Source: Isurus oxyrinchus (taxonomy: Eukaryota). From it: a stretch of 64,000 nucleotides of DNA. Each line of letters opens with the position of its first letter. Position 1 is the first letter of the stretch. The position numbers and the translations under genes are program-made. The notes under the pieces were generated by a model. It was not told where the DNA came from and did not search any database. It saw only the letters and a list, made by a program, of their open reading frames with translations. The stretch is taken from positions 744,001-808,000 of the forward strand of contig JANJGN010000140.1 in assembly GCA_026770705.1 (NCBI GenBank), given 5' to 3'. Shown piece by piece: positions 11,462-26,002 of this stretch.

Positions 11462-13619
11462 TTACCAGGCTGTCATATTGCAAAACAATTTATATTTCTC
11501 GGTATATTTTTTGCTGTTGATCATGTTTAATAAACATCAGTAGTGTCTCAATCCATTAACAGTTTGATCTATTGACAGTTCCAAACCTTCATCTTTCCCA
11601 GAAAATCGATTGCTTGTAACCGAATGATGTTTCTCACTGCATCAATAATCCCCAATCCTTTCACCACTCCTAATCGATTGGTGATTCACAACCTATTTAT
11701 GATCTCCAAGACTGCAACGATTCAAGGTCCAATGAATACTCTTCTGTTTAAGGAAATGAACCAGCTGGCCCACAAATCAGTTGAATTACTGTAAGTACTG
11801 GCTAACCTACAAAATGGTTGCATCTGAGAGTATAATTCACACCATGAAGGAATAATTATGTTGTCAGACTTAAGATCACACCTACAGTCAGTGCTTCTAC
11901 CATCAGCGGGACTCTTTCGTAGGGTTTTCGATATGTTGAGGCCGGATTCAGTCTGATTTAACTATGTGTCTATGTAGAAAGTTGAGCCATAGCCTGGAGT
12001 TCTATGTATTTATGTCTTCTTTGTCTATATATTCATTCACAAGGGACTTTGGTTGTCAGCTGTGGCTCAGTTGGCAGCTCTTTCCCCTCTGTCATTAAAC
12101 TGGGGGCCGTCTGCCCTCTCAGGTCGATGTGAAAGATTCTATGGTACTATTCCATCTGGAAGTGCAGGGAGTTATCCCCGGTGCCTTAGCATTTAACAGA
12201 CAATAAACATTTTAAAATACGCAGAGACGCATATTACCTGGTCATTATCATATTGCGGTTTGTGGGAGATTGCTGTGCTCAAACAGGCTACGGTGTTTCC
12301 TACATTACAACTGTGAATACACATCATAAGCGCATTTCTGGTTGTAAAACACTCCAGTGATCATGAAAGGCTCTGTAATATATATTTTTCTTCTTTTTCC
12401 TTTTCCTTTTTATGAACTATAGGTGCAAAATGAAAAGTATTAGATTGAGACAATAAGTCATAGATTCTAGAATGAACCCATGGTCCCGGCTGGGAAGGAG
12501 GTCATTCGGTTCCTCAGGATTGTACCGGCGTTTTTTAAAAAACTACCGAATTTATCTGATGCACCCTCACCACCCCCACCCCCACCCCCACCCCACCGCC
12601 CATGCTGTTTCCCGATAGCCCTGCATTTTATGCCCATTGGAGACCATGTCTTCATTGACAATGGATTAGACTCTGTCCAGTTGTCCCACTTATATTGCTC
12701 TGGAGCATGGGGCCTTTCATATTATGTAAAGCTGTTTTTTAACTATTATTTCACTCGATCATATCCGAGGATTTGGAAGGCGTTGGGGCGGAAATTATGA
12801 ATGTAACGGGGTAAGAAGGAATAATGCGGCAACAGAAATAGTGTGAAACTTGCAGGAGAGCAGCAAATTCCAAGCAAGGGAAATAATAAATCGGGATTTT
12901 AAAACTGAGTAATTTCAGGTCAGGTATATGTAGTTTGATTATTTGCAATCACTCACACAACTTATCACACTCTCAACGTTTATGTCAGGAGATCCTGTTG
13001 AATGTTAAGCAAAGCACTTAAAACTGAACCGCAGAGACTGGTGTGTATATGCTCACCTCCGTGGAATAATGTAGTCCAATTTCCAACTGAATACGAGGAG
13101 CAGAGGTATTCCTTGGTGAGGGAATGCTCAATGTCTTCCCAGTTAATGTTAACAATATTAAACAAACAGCAAATACTATTTCAATAAAATAAAACATGGA
13201 GCATAATAGGTAACAATGGTTATTTTCTTTGTGGATTTCACTTGTAAACAAATCTGATGCGTGCACTCACACATACACATTTCAACTTAAGATCCCATCT
13301 TGCCGAGCACGGAGGCTCTGTAGCACCTGCATGAATCGAAGAAAATCACCACCACCACATTTCAGGTGGTTCCATGAAGAGAAAATCTCTCCCCACTTCA
13401 CACTGGTTGAGTTGGTCATTAAAGTTCCCATCATTCCCGCAATGTGCGCCTTGGTCCACATTCTTCGGTTGAAACAAGATCGTCAAGAATTAATCAATAG
13501 GAATTGAGACACTTTACTCTTTTCTTGACCTTAAAGTGCGCAAATCAGCCACGTTAATCTGCCTCAGTTGCACCATAAGTATTGGGAGTTTGCGCAGGAG
13601 GTAATGAGCCGATAGATCT

Positions 13620-14885
13620 GTAGAAGTGGTTTCTTGATAAATTAAGCCAGCATAGATCTGTTAAGGGCAAATCATGTTTAACTAACTTGCTTGAATTTTT
13701 TGATGACATAGCAGCGATGGTTGATGAGAGCAATGCTTTTGATATGGTTTACACGGTCTCTGAAAGACATTTGATGAAGTGCAGCACAACAGACCTGTGA
13801 ACAAAGCTGGAGCTCACTGGAATAAAATGGATGGTAACATAATGGATTGGGAGCTGGCTGAGTGCCAGTAAACAAAGAGTAGTTTTGAACCGTTGTGTTT
13901 CAGACTCGGGGAAGGATTATAATGAAGTTCCCCAAGGGTCAGTGCTACGACGCCTACTTTTTATAATATTTGTTCATATACTGGGCCTTAGTGCACAATT
14001 TCAAAATATACGGACAATGCGAAATGTGGAAGCATTGCAGGCCATGAGGAGGATAGTGTAGAACTTCAAAAAGACATCGAGAGGTTGGGGAAAAGGGCAG
14101 ACAAGTGCCGGATGAAATTTAACGCAGAGAAGGCAAGAAGTGGTTCATTTTGGTAGGAAGAACGCAGAGAGACGAAGGGGCTGCAGGAGCAGTGAGACCT
14201 GGGTATTTATGTGTATAAATTATTGAAGGTGGCAGGACAAGTTGAAAGAACACGGTTAATAAAGCATGCAACATCCTGAGCTTTACTAATAGAGGAAAAA
14301 ATATAAAAGCAAAGAGGTTATGTTAAACGTGTGTGACACACTGGTTAGGCCTCAACTGGAGAATTGCATCCAATTCCGGTCACCACACTTTTGGAAGAAT
14401 TTGAAGGCACGAGAGAGGGCACAGGAAAGATTCATGGAAATTGTTCTAGGGATAACGAACTCCAGTTATGTACAAAGAGTGGAGCAGTTGGCTTTAATCT
14501 CCTTTGAGGAGACAAAGTTTAGAGGAGATTGATACAGGTATTAAAAATCACGAAGGGCCTGGGCAGAGTAGATAGGGAGAAATTGTTCCCATTGGTGGTA
14601 GGATTGAGAACCAGACGGCTCAGGTTTAAAGTAATCTGGAGAAGAAGAAATAGAGACAAGAGGAAAAACATTTTGCACAGTGAGTGGTTAGGATCTGGAA
14701 TGCACTACCAGACAGTGTGATGGATTGAGGGACAATTGATGCTTTCAAAACGAAACTGGATCTTTATTTGAAAAGATAAAAGATGCTGGACTAAGCTGGG
14801 GCGCAGGTTAATTACTCCTTCAGAGGGTTAGCACAGACAGGAGTGGCCGAATGGCATTCTTCTACGCTGTAAGAATTCTATGACT
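13620..14885 (+). mobile_element. Decayed CR1 LINE 3' portion
   Basis: Remnants of LTNLLEFF, VPQGSVL, LVRPQLE.C.QF.SPH and VDREKLFPL, with a TTCTATGA-type tail. Confidence 0.85.
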
Positions 14886-14999
14886 TTTTCATTAATATTG
14901 GAAGCAGCAACTAAAATTAACATTTTTACACCATCTGCAATAGTAGGGTCCGTCCAGTAGATGGCAGTGAAACAGTGAATACTGATATTTTATGAAGGA

Positions 15000-15980
15000 A
15001 GCACTGTCTCAATCATTTCTGCACTGAGCCCTCTCACTGTTCATATTAAACTTGACCTTTGTCTGTATATATTGCACTCAGTGATGTCTCTTGATCATAT
15101 TACAACAGCTTGTGTCTCAGTTGTTTCTATAATAGCTCAACCTCAGTCAATATACAGGACGAAGACCACGTTACACTATACATTCTCTCAGTTATCACTG
15201 CACCAAACCATGTTTTGGCTAATATGACAATAGTCCATGTCTCAGTTGTTACTGCAGTGGTACTTGTCTCCACTTGTACGAAACCAGAACATGTTCCTGT
15301 TTACATGACACGAGGCTCTGTCTCTGTTATTGCAAAACTAGACACTGCCACGTTTATACTAAACTAGGGATGCCTTGGCGAACGCTGCACCAGTCTATGT
15401 CTCTGTTTATATCACACGATGCCCTGTCACTGTTATTATTGTGCAATACCAAGCCTCTCTCTCACTGTTGCACTTACCCACATCTCTGTTTATATTAATC
15501 CAGGTCCTGTGTTGGCAGTTATTGCATTAGGCTCTGTCTCAGCTTATATTAGACAAGGCCCTTTATCAGATGAAACTGCAGCAGACCCCGTGTCAGTTTC
15601 CATTCACTAGATCCTGCCTCAGTCATTACTGAACTAGACCATGCTGGTATTCATATTACACAAGACACTGCCTCAATTTTTACTCCACTGCGTCATGCCT
15701 CTGTTTATATTACACTAGATCAACTTTTTGCTTATGTTCTGTTAGACCCTATCTCAGCTTATATAACACTCGACCCTGTCTCAGTTTATATTACATTAGA
15801 CCCCGTCTCAGATAATATTGGAGCCTGTCTCGGTTTATATTACACTAGAGCACGTCTTTGTTTACATTACACTAGACCCTGTCTCAGTTTATTTTAAATT
15901 AGACCCCGCCTCAGTCTATATCACACTAGACCCTGTCTCAGTTTACATTACACTAGACCCTGTCTCAGTTTATATTACAT
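15000..15980 (+). repeat. 27-bp minisatellite (CTAGACCCTGTCTCAGTTTATATTACA)
   Basis: Clear units at 15760-15980, decaying leftwards. A related degenerate array is on the opposite strand at ~58540-59030. Confidence 0.85.
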
Positions 15981-16269
15981 GAGACAGAGTTCTGTCTCAG
16001 AGTTATTTTTGGGGGAGTGTTTTGTGAGACTAAGTTTAGTTGTGCCAATGTAACTCCTTGTGTTTAATTTTTATTTTATTCTTGCTAATAAAACATTTAC
16101 TTTAAATGTTTAAAATCTCAAAAGTGTTGCTGACGTTCTTACTCTGGAGATCAGTGCGTCATCTTCTGGTTTTCAGAATACAAATAAAGAGTATTTAGCC
16201 CATAAGCTAAGTTTCCCTCTGGGGTTTGGTTTGTTCAGCGATTAACACCGGCTGCGGTCACAAAACATT

Positions 16270-17380
16270 CACGTGGACAGGTTTGGATTAATTAGTGAAG
16301 ACCATCAGGCATTTGTTAAGGGTAAATCGTGTTTAACTAACCTTGTGTGATTTGACGAGGCAACAGGGAGGGTTGATCAGATGTACAGTGATTCTGAAAG
16401 GCATTTGGTAACGTTTTCTCAGTGACTAGAAAAAGAGCCCAGTTGTGAACGGTTATGTGTCAGAATGGTGCAAGATTTATGTGGGAGTATCCAGGAGTCG
16501 GTATCTGGTCGATGCTTTTCTTGTTATTTATAGACTATATCTATGCCCCCTCCAAGGTATAGCGACATGGACACGCTGTTGGAAAGAGTGGAGAGGTGGC
16601 ATATTGCATTATATCCAGAAGATTGTGAACTTATTCGTCTTGTTACGAAGAACGATGACACACAACATAAAATAAAGTGTGCATTTCTAAAGGAAGTGCA
16701 GGGATAGAGGAGCTTCGAGGTATATCAGCAGAAATAATTAATGCTGGCTCGGCAAGCATGCCTAATACTCGGATTCATAAATAGGGACATGAATTGCAAA
16801 AACCTGAAATTTATGAAAACCTTTAGAAAGCACTGTTTAGACTGAAATGTGGCGTCCATTTCTGGGAAGCACACTTGAGGAAGGATGTGAAGGCACTGGA
16901 GCAAGTACATAAAAAAATCACGAGGATTGTACCAGGGAAGAGGAACTTCAGTTACATGTATAAGTTGGAGAATCTGTGCCTTCTCTCACTGGAAGTGAAT
17001 ATTAAGAGAACATTTGATAGCGGTATTAAAATGCCAATAGGTGTGGAAAGAATAGAGAGAGAGAAACTGTTTCTCCTGGCGGACGCATGGGCAACCAAAC
17101 GAAACGGGTTTAACGCGACTGTCAAAGGAAGCAACGGCGACACGAGGTAAAGCGTTCATACACAGCTAATGATTAAAATGTGGAATGTACTTCCTGGGAG
17201 CGTGCTCGTGGCCGTTTCAACGCTGGAATTGTATAATTACCTGAAGCGAAAACGAAACTTCAGGGCGAAAGGCAAAAGGCGGGTGAGTGGTTCTAGGTGA
17301 GCTGCACTTTCAGAGATCCGACAATAACATGAGGTCGAATTGCCTCCTCCTGTGTTGTAACCATTCTGTGACTCTATTCT
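16270..17380 (+). mobile_element. Decayed CR1 LINE 3' portion
   Basis: FVKGKSCLTNL, RKDVKALEQV and IEREKLF motifs. Confidence 0.8.
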
Positions 17381-17975
17381 AAGATTTTAATCAGACTGAC
17401 GTGATTCATGGGGGTCAGATTGGATTACTTTCTACTGGGGAAGCATATTCAGAAAATTCCCTCTGGTTTCTCTGTGGAAACATTCACTGAAAGGTGTGTC
17501 AGCATCATCGCAAATTCGTTTCAGTAGAATCCCTTTATTGTTTACTACCAATAACGACGATAAGCAATCTAATCTTCAGAGCGTCAGTTCAGGGCAAAGA
17601 GGGAAGGCACACGACAATGATATTAACGTCCTTGGTGAGCCGTTACACGTCGGCATAAAAATATATAGCACTCAATATGGCCAAGTGGAGCCGATGAAAT
17701 AAATCCGCAAAACATCAGTAATGCTGCTTCTTCCCTCACATTAGAGGGTACTCACTGAGATTGACTGCGCCTTCAGACATTTAACACTGTTGGTCAGAAA
17801 GCTTCAGATGGTCCCCGAACCTCATTTCAATCTTATCTCAATACGTGATGGGCAGATTGAAGATTGTTTCATTGGGCGGGAACATTGAGACCAGAAAATG
17901 ACGTTAAGAACAGATTCTGTTCCGGTCCGTGTTTGGGCTTTTAAAGGAGCGACAGTTTCGGGCTCTGCAGCGGCC

Positions 17976-18525
17976 ATGCATATATTCAGCGCCTGGATTC
18001 TGTTCGGGGTGTTTCTTGTCGGTAAGGGTGACTCCAATCTGATTAAATTTTATGTCGACCTGAAACCTGCTCTCTCCAGGACCTGCTGAGTATTTTCAGC
18101 TTTTGTGTTTTCATTCCATGACTCCAATTATTTAGGGTTTATTGTAAAGTGTTAATATTATTTCAGGAATGCGTTTAACACTAAGTTTTGTCTCCTTCTT
18201 GAACACGTGCTACAGATCCAAGTGAAGGAGATTCTGTTATTCAGCCGCAGGCGCATGAGAACGGGAGAGAAGGTGAAGAGGTGACTATACGATGTATCTA
18301 CAGCACTGCAGCAAGCAACTATGTTTTATATTGGTACCGTCAGCAACCAGAGAAGGGATTCCAGTTTATTACACGGAAACGGTCCTCTAATGATCGGGAA
18401 CAGAGAGGAGAAGGTTTTGGAATCCGTTTCTCTGCAGAGCTCCAGACCTCGAACAAATTAACCAGTTTAACCATCTCGGGTCTGCAGCTGACTGACGCTG
18501 CCGTGTATTACTGCGCTTTCAGACT
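17976..18525 (+). CDS. TCR alpha/delta V segment, intact
   Basis: Leader 17976-18021 (MHIFSAWILFGVFLV, GTAAGG). V exon 18216-18525: DPSEGDSVIQ...C...LYWYRQ...DAAVYYCAFRL. Canonical RSS 18526-18564: CACAGTG-23-ACAAAAACT. Confidence 0.95.
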
Positions 18526-19558
18526 CACAGTGATGGAAAGCACTCTGACTCCCGTACAAAAACTGCTTTTGTGTTTCTGTTGGGAGCTGCAGTCTGTTGA
18601 GGTTTGTGTAGAGAATTGCAAAGGGTTACAGCCACAATATGTAGCGCGCTGGCAGTCACTCAGACACACAGAGAGGGGAAACCTCACTAACCCCGGATCA
18701 AACCGTCATCCAACTGTTTCCACTAGTGGCCGAGAGGACAAATTGCGGAATCCTTTCGACCGACAGATTTATTGGTGAGAGAACTATCTGCCGTTTAAAC
18801 AGTCCCTGCTTCTGGTCGAATTTTTATTTCCTCCAAATCAGGGCTTAATGGCAGATTAGCTAGGGGGAAGGGGTTGCTCCAACGCAAACGTTCGTCAAAG
18901 CTGCCGAGAGCACATTATGGAAAACAGGCTGCAAGGCGTAACCAGGGAATGTGGCAATGGGGAGGGGGAGTGGGGGAGTGGTAAGGGGCTGTTGAAGGCG
19001 GCACCAAAGACATTTCATAGGAATGAGGAGGATGGGGTGCAGGTGGCAAACTATCGGATTAAATGTAGAACAGATGGGAATAAATACAGGTTGAAAAAGT
19101 CCAAACAGAGAACAGAAAAAAACAAACTGCAGGAAAAAAATGATGCAACAGCACGAAGAGTTTGACAGAATGAAATGTGTACTGACTTCGCAGTGTAAGT
19201 TACTGAAAGCTGAAAGGTATGTTTTCCTACCCCTGTATATCCTCCGTGTTGAGAATTTGAGCAATGTACCTGTTCAGGTGAGTGTGGCCCATTCTCTGCA
19301 TAAGCTCAGTTGCTGCCTGGATTTAACGGTTGGGGATCTGAGGTTTTTCGCCGTGGAGGCGATTTAGGCATCTCTCACTTTCACTGCCTGGTCTCCATGG
19401 TTAAATTCTGAGCCCATTACCCTGGTCATGTGACTGAAAGAGGCCCAACTGTGCATCAGTTCAGTGCCTGCCTAATCTCAATGTTTAAAGATTTGACAGA
19501 CGGTGTTATGCAGGTGAGTAAATCCCCCTGCGCCTCTCCCCGCCACCGCCACCCCCTG

Positions 19559-19691
19559 CACACACACACACAAACATATACACAGACACTAACACATACG
19601 CATACACAAACTGATACACAGACACCAACACACACGCACACACACACACAAACACATACACAGACAATAACACATACGCATACACAAACAG
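19559..19691. repeat. Imperfect (CA)n microsatellite running into the gap
   Basis: Directly visible. Confidence 0.9.
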
Positions 19692-19879
19692 NNNNNNNNN
19701 NNNNNNNNNNNNNNNNNNNNNNNNNNNNNNNNNNNNNNNNNNNNNNNNNNNNNNNNNNNNNNNNNNNNNNNNNNNNNNNNNNNNNNNNNNNNNNNNNNNN
19801 NNNNNNNNNNNNNNNNNNNNNNNNNNNNNNNNNNNNNNNNNNNNNNNNNNNNNNNNNNNNNNNNNNNNNNNNNNNNNNN
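19692..19879. other. Assembly gap (188 N)
   Basis: Run of N. Confidence 1.
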
Positions 19880-20327
19880 ACCTATACACTTTGAGGCAAC
19901 TATAAAAATCAGCAACAGGCAAAACTGAGACTGAGCAGAGTAATATTGAGAGACTCGACAGAGGGAGATCGGTGAAGGTGAGATGGAGGCTGAAGTGTTT
20001 TAATTAGGAGTTCATAAGATGTTGAGCATTATCTCGGCCTTGCTAAGGATTGGTTCATTTCTGACAGAGCCAACAGAGCTCAGCCCAGAGCTCCTTTGTC
20101 CTACATTTTATCCAATCAGCTCACAATTTCCTTGTTCTACAATCCATGAAATCAGAGCAAGGCATATGGAATCACTGGAAATTGTTCTGACAACAGCAAA
20201 CCTGGAGTGAGGAATATAAGAGAATAAGAAGTAGAAGCTGGAGTGGATTAGTTGGTCCTTCATTTGGTCCTGTTCCGCCAATCAATGAGATCATGGCCAA
20301 GCTACTTCATATCTACCTTCCTGCAAT

Positions 20328-23300
20328 ATGGCAGGAGAATTCAGACCCGTGATATGCTCCTCCTGCAGGATGTGGGAAATAAGAGTCGCTCCTAGTGGAC
20401 CTGTTGACCATGTGTGCGGAAGGTGTGTCCAAATGCAGCTTCTAGTTAACCGGATTTTGGAGATGGAGCTGTGGGTGGACATGTTGTGGAGCATCCGCGA
20501 TGCTGAGCAAGTCGTGGATAGCACGTTTAGCAAGGTGGTCACATCGCTGGTGAAGATTACATAGGCAGAAAGGGACTGGGTGACCATCAGGAACAGGAAG
20601 AGACTCAGGAAGGTAGTGCAAGAGTCCACTGTGGTTATCCCACTCTCTAACGGATATACTGCTTTGGATACTGGTGGAGGGGATGGCCTCTCAGGGGAAA
20701 GTATCAACATCCAAATTCATGGCACCGTGCATGGCCCTGCCGCTCAGAGGGGCGGGAGGAAAACAAGTGGCAGGGCTATTGTGATAGGGCATTCAATAGT
20801 TAGGGGCACAGACAGACGTTTCTGTGGCCACAAACGTGAATCAAGGATGTTATGTTGCCTCCCTGGTGCCAGGGTCCAAGATGTCACGGAGCAGCTGCAG
20901 GGCATTCTGGGGAGGGAAGGTAAGCAGCCAGTGGTCGTGGTACACATTGGTACCAACGACATAGGTAAACTAAGGGATGAGAACCTGCAAGCTCAGTACA
21001 GGGAGTGAGGAGATAAATTAAAATGCAGGACCTCAAACATAGTAATCTCAGGATTCCTGCCAGTTCCACGTGCTAGAGAGAGCAGGAATAAGAGGCTGGA
21101 CCAAATGATCACATAGATAGAGAGATGGTGTAGCCGGGAGGGATTAAGATTCTTGAGGCACTGGAACCTGTTCTGGGGAAGGTGGGACCTGTACAAACCA
21201 GAGGGGCTGCATCCAGGCAGTGCTGGGACCAGTGTCCTTGCGGGGGCTTTTGCTAGTTCTGTTGGGGAATATTTAAACTAATGTGGCAGGGGGATGGGAT
21301 CCCAGGAGTAGGATCAGATAAGTCAGCTTCAGATAAGAAAAATGGAGGTAGAACATTAGCTAGGGACGTTGTGATAGACATGGAGTTACAGGAGAAGCAA
21401 AGTTTAAAAAGTGTCCAGCAAGGGGAATTGACGAGGTTAAACTGTTTATACTTCAATGCAAGGAGTATTACGAACAAGGTAGATGAGTTTAGGGCACAGA
21501 TAGACACATGGCAGCAGGATGTCATTGCGATAACGGAGACCCGACTAAAGGAGACATAAAACAGGCGGCTTAATATCCCTGGTTATAGAGTCTTCAGATA
21601 CGATAGAGTAGGAGATCAAATAGGAGGGGTTGGGGGGGGGGGGGTAAGGGTAGCACTAATGGCTAAAGAATCAATTCCAGTTGTGAGAAGGGATGATATA
21701 CTAAATGGGTCAACAAATGAGGCGTCATGGATTGAGCTCAGTAATACAAAAGAGGCAGTCACACGTCTAAGAGTGTACTACAGACTCCCAAATAGTGAAA
21801 TGGAGATAGAAGAACAAATATGTAGGCAAATTTCTGCTTGTTAGAACAAGGGGGCAATAATAGTAGGAGATTTCAACTATCCTAATATCACCTGGGATTC
21901 AAATATTATAAGGGGAACTAAGGGAGACAAATTCATGCAGTGTGTCCAGGAAAATGTTTCCAAGCAGCTAGTGACAAACCCAACGAGAGGAGATGCAATT
22001 CTAGATCTATCTTGTGGAACGAAGTAGGGGAAGTGGGTGAAGTGACAGTTGGCGATCATATCGGGGACAGTGATCACCATCCAGTCAGACTTAGCATTAC
22101 CATGGAAAAGGACAAAGATAAGGCAGGAGTAAAAGTCTTGTACTGGGGGAAGGCAAATTTTGCAGAAATGAGAAGGGACTTGGCTGAGGTGGACTGGACG
22201 GCACTGCTGGAGGATAAAGCAGTGGAAAACCAGTGAGAAGCACGAAAAAGCGAGATCCAACTTGTACAAAGTAGACATGTCCCCTACAGTAATATGGTAC
22301 TGCCAAATCTAGACCTCCCTGGTTGTCTGGAGGAATACAGGGGAAGATCAAACAGAAAAAGGAAGTGTACAATAGGCACAATGAACGAAGCACTGCAGAT
22401 AGCCTAGATGAATATAGGAATTGCAGGGACGAAGTAAAGAAGGAAATAAGGAAATCAACGAGAGGACATGAAAAAAGATTAGCAAGTAAAGTTAAAGATA
22501 ACACAAAGATGTTTTACCTAAACACTAATGCTAAAAGGTTAGTTAAGGAAAAAGTGGGACCTATCAGAGATGTATATGGAAACTTGTGTGTAGATGCAGA
22601 GGCTGTGGGAAGGTTGTGAAAGAATATTTTATCTCCCTGTTTATAAAGGAAAGGGAGGATGTAGATATAGTAGTCTAGCAGGAGCACTGCGAGATATTAG
22701 ACGGGATAGACAAAAAGAGAGAGGGAGTATTTGAAGGGTTGAAATTCTTGAAAGTTGATCATTCACCCGGGCCAAATTGATTGTTTCCAAAATTGCTGAA
22801 GGAAGTCAGGGAGGAAATGGCAGATGCTCTGAGGATGATTTTCAAATCTTCACTAGATACATGGGAGGTACCGGAGGACTGGAGGAATGCAAAGGTAGTT
22901 CCATTGTTTAAAAAGGGATCAAAGGAAATGCCAAACAGTTATAGGCCAGTTAGTCTTACATCGGTAGTGAGCAAATTAGTAGAATCAATCCTGAGAGATA
23001 GGATTAACTGTCATGTGGAAAGGCATGGACTAGTCAGGGATGGTCAGCATGGGTTTGTTAAAGGAAGGTTTTGCCTCACAAATTTGATTGAATTCTTTGA
23101 GAAAGTGACAAGAAGGGTCGATGGAGGTAGTGCAGTGGATGTTGTGTACATGGATTTTAGCAAGGCATTTGACAAAGTCCCACATGGCATATTGTTCAGG
23201 AACGTAAAAGCACATGGGGGTAAGAGTAATGTGGCAAACTGGATAAAAGGTTAGTTTTGTAACAGGAAACAAAGGGTCATGTGTGATGGATGCCCTTGCG

Positions 23301-24339
23301 AATGGAAAGTTGTCTCAAGTGGTGTTCCACAGGGCTCAGTGTTGGGACCCTTGCTGTTTGTGTTATATATGAACGATTTGAACGTGAACGTGGGGTCACG
23401 ATAAGGAAATTTGCTGATTACACGAAGATTGGCTGAGTAGTAGTTAGTGTAGAGGATAGCCATAATCTCCAAAACGATATGAATGAGTTGGTGGAGTGGG
23501 CGGTAAAGTGGCAGATGGATTTTAACATAGAGAAGTGTGATGTCATACATTTAGGGAGGTCTAACAGCTGCAGGGATTACACAATAAATGGGAATATACT
23601 AAGAGGGCTAGATAAAGTGAGAGATTTTGCCGTACAAGTACATAGGTCCCTGAAGGCCGCAGTTCAAGTAGACAAGGTTGTAAAGAAGGCATATGGAATG
23701 CTCTCCTTCATTGGCAGAGGTATAGAATATAAAAGTAAGGATATAATGTTGGAATTGTATAAAACACTGCTGAGGACACAACGGGAGCATTGTGTGCAGT
23801 TTTGGTCACCACATTACAGGAAGAATGTAATAGCTCTGGAGAGGGTGCAGAGGAGGTTTACACGAATGTTGCCAGGGTTAGAAGAGTGTAGCTACGAGGA
23901 GAGATTGGATGGTTTGGTGTTATTTTCCTTAGAACAAAGAAGGCTGAGAGGTGACTTGATTGAGGTGTACAAAATGATGAGGGGAATAGTAGAGTGGACA
24001 GGATAAAATTGTTTCCCTTGATGGAGAATTCTAGAACCAGGGGACATAGATTCAAGATAAGTGGCAGAAGGTGTAGGGGGGACATGAGGAAGAACTATTT
24101 TACTCAGAAGGTTGTGGCTGTCTGGACTTCGCTGCCCAAGCTGGTGGTCGAGGCAAAAACTTTAACTCCTTTAAAAAGTACCTGGATCTGCACCTAAAGT
24201 GCTATAAGCTGCAGGGCCATGGACCGGGTGCAGGGAGGTGGGATTAGAAAGGGCACCTGGTGTCTTCGGGCTGGCATGGGCAAGATGGGACGCATGGCCT
24301 CCGTCTGTGCTGCAGCTTTTCTATGGTTCTATGGTTCTA
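20328..24339 (+). mobile_element. Near full-length inactivated CR1 LINE (ORF1 zinc finger + SGNH esterase; ORF2 APE endonuclease + RT)
   Basis: ORF1: CSSC...CGRC, G.SIVRG, GTNDIG. ORF2: YFNARSI, GDFNYP, SDH, YRPVSLTS, DFSKAFD, VPQGSVLGP. (TTCTATGG)n tail at 24319-24339. Many stops and frameshifts. Confidence 0.95.
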
Positions 24340-24920
24340 ATATCCTGGATGGTGTCCAGCTTGTTCAGTGTTGTGGGAGCTGACTCACCCAGGTAAGTGG
24401 AGAATATTCCATCACGCTCCTGACTTGCACCTTGTAGATGTTGGACAGGATTTGGGGAGTCATGAGGTGGGTTACTTGTCACAGGATTCCTAGGCTCTAA
24501 CCTGCTCTTGTAGCCAATGTATTTATATGGCTAGTCCAGTTCAGTTTATAGTAACCCCCAGGGTGTTGATAATGGGGGATTCAGTGATGGTAATGCCATT
24601 GAATTTCAAGGGGCCATGGCTAGATTCACTCTTGTTGAAGATGGTCGTTGGCTGGCACTTGTGTAGCGTGAATATTATCTGCCCATTGTTAGCCCAAGCC
24701 TGGATGGACATGTGCTGCTTCAGTATCTGAGGAGTCACAAACGATGTTGCACATAGTGCAATTATCCGCAAAATATTCCTACTTCTGACTTTATGATGGA
24801 AAGAAGTTCACTGATGAAGCAGCTGAAGACGGCAGGGCCCAGGACACTAGCCTGAGGAACTCCTGCAGTTATATCCTGGCCTGAAATGGTTGACCTTCAG
24901 CAACCACAATCATTTCAGTA
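24340..24920 (-). mobile_element. LINE RT fragment of a second CR1-like family
   Basis: IQAWA...KCQ...FNGITITESPIINTLGVTI on the minus strand. Confidence 0.7.
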
Positions 24921-25911
24921 CCATTTTCAGATTTGTGCTGAAATATTGTCCAGGCCAATTCCCCTTCACTCCTTCAAACTACTGCTCATATGATCCATCA
25001 TGTCCACCTGGGAGGTTAGACGGTGTCCTCGATTTAACATTTCATCGGAAAGCCGGCCCCTCTAATGGTGCACCACTCCCTGAGGGCTGAAGTGAAATAT
25101 CAGGATAGACCCTGTGGGTGAGGTCTCGAGAGAGGGACGGAATCCAGAAACTCCTCATTCAGAGCCGATAGGGCGAATCACTGAGCTTCGGTTGACAAGT
25201 AGTGTTTGCTGACCGACCTTTGTGTTGTTCTGCATGTATACTTGTCTGAAAATGAATACATAGTTTATATATACACGTTCAGGTAAATGAGAACAAATCT
25301 TTCACAGTTGTGAGCAGGCTGATGATTGACATACGGGATGCCGTGGCCTCTCGGCGCCTCGATCACTGGCCCTCCCTGAACAGGAAGCCATTTTCCGTCA
25401 GAGTCTCATCAGTAAATTCCTGGATTGTGGTTTGCGACATTTTACAGATATCCCGTTGAGCGGACAGAATCTGAGAAAATATCAGACAGAGAGTCCTGGT
25501 AATCCCAGGACGTGGTGACCCCTCATCAACACAATCCAGGAAAAAGCATTGAAATAAAGAGAAGGAAGGTTTAGAAAAATAAACTTTACTGGCCTCCCTG
25601 GAAACAGGGGCCATTAAATTTTACCCCTAGAAACAAATATCACTCAGAAAGAGAAATCATCTTTCACAGACTCAGGATGTCAGTAAATATTTCCCAATTT
25701 AAGGAAGTACCTTTCCAGTATAGTCGCTGTTGTGATGTTAGTTACATTATTTACACAAAGGGCAATGGGAATATTTAACTGTCTGCCAGACAGTGTTGTC
25801 ACTCTCACCGTTGCGGTGGAGGGAAGGGATTTGGGAGTCCAGGTATTTTCCGGATACTTTGAAGTTGTGGCCATCAGTAACCAAAATATTCGGTCACGAA
25901 AAGATGGACTG

Positions 25912-26002
25912 ATCTCTCTCTGTCTCTCACTGTCTCTCTGTCTCTGTCTCTCTCTGTCCCAATCTCTGTCTCGCACTCTGGCTCTCTGTCTCTGTCTCTC
26001 GC
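25912..26002. repeat. (TCTCTG)n microsatellite
   Basis: Directly visible. Confidence 0.9.
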
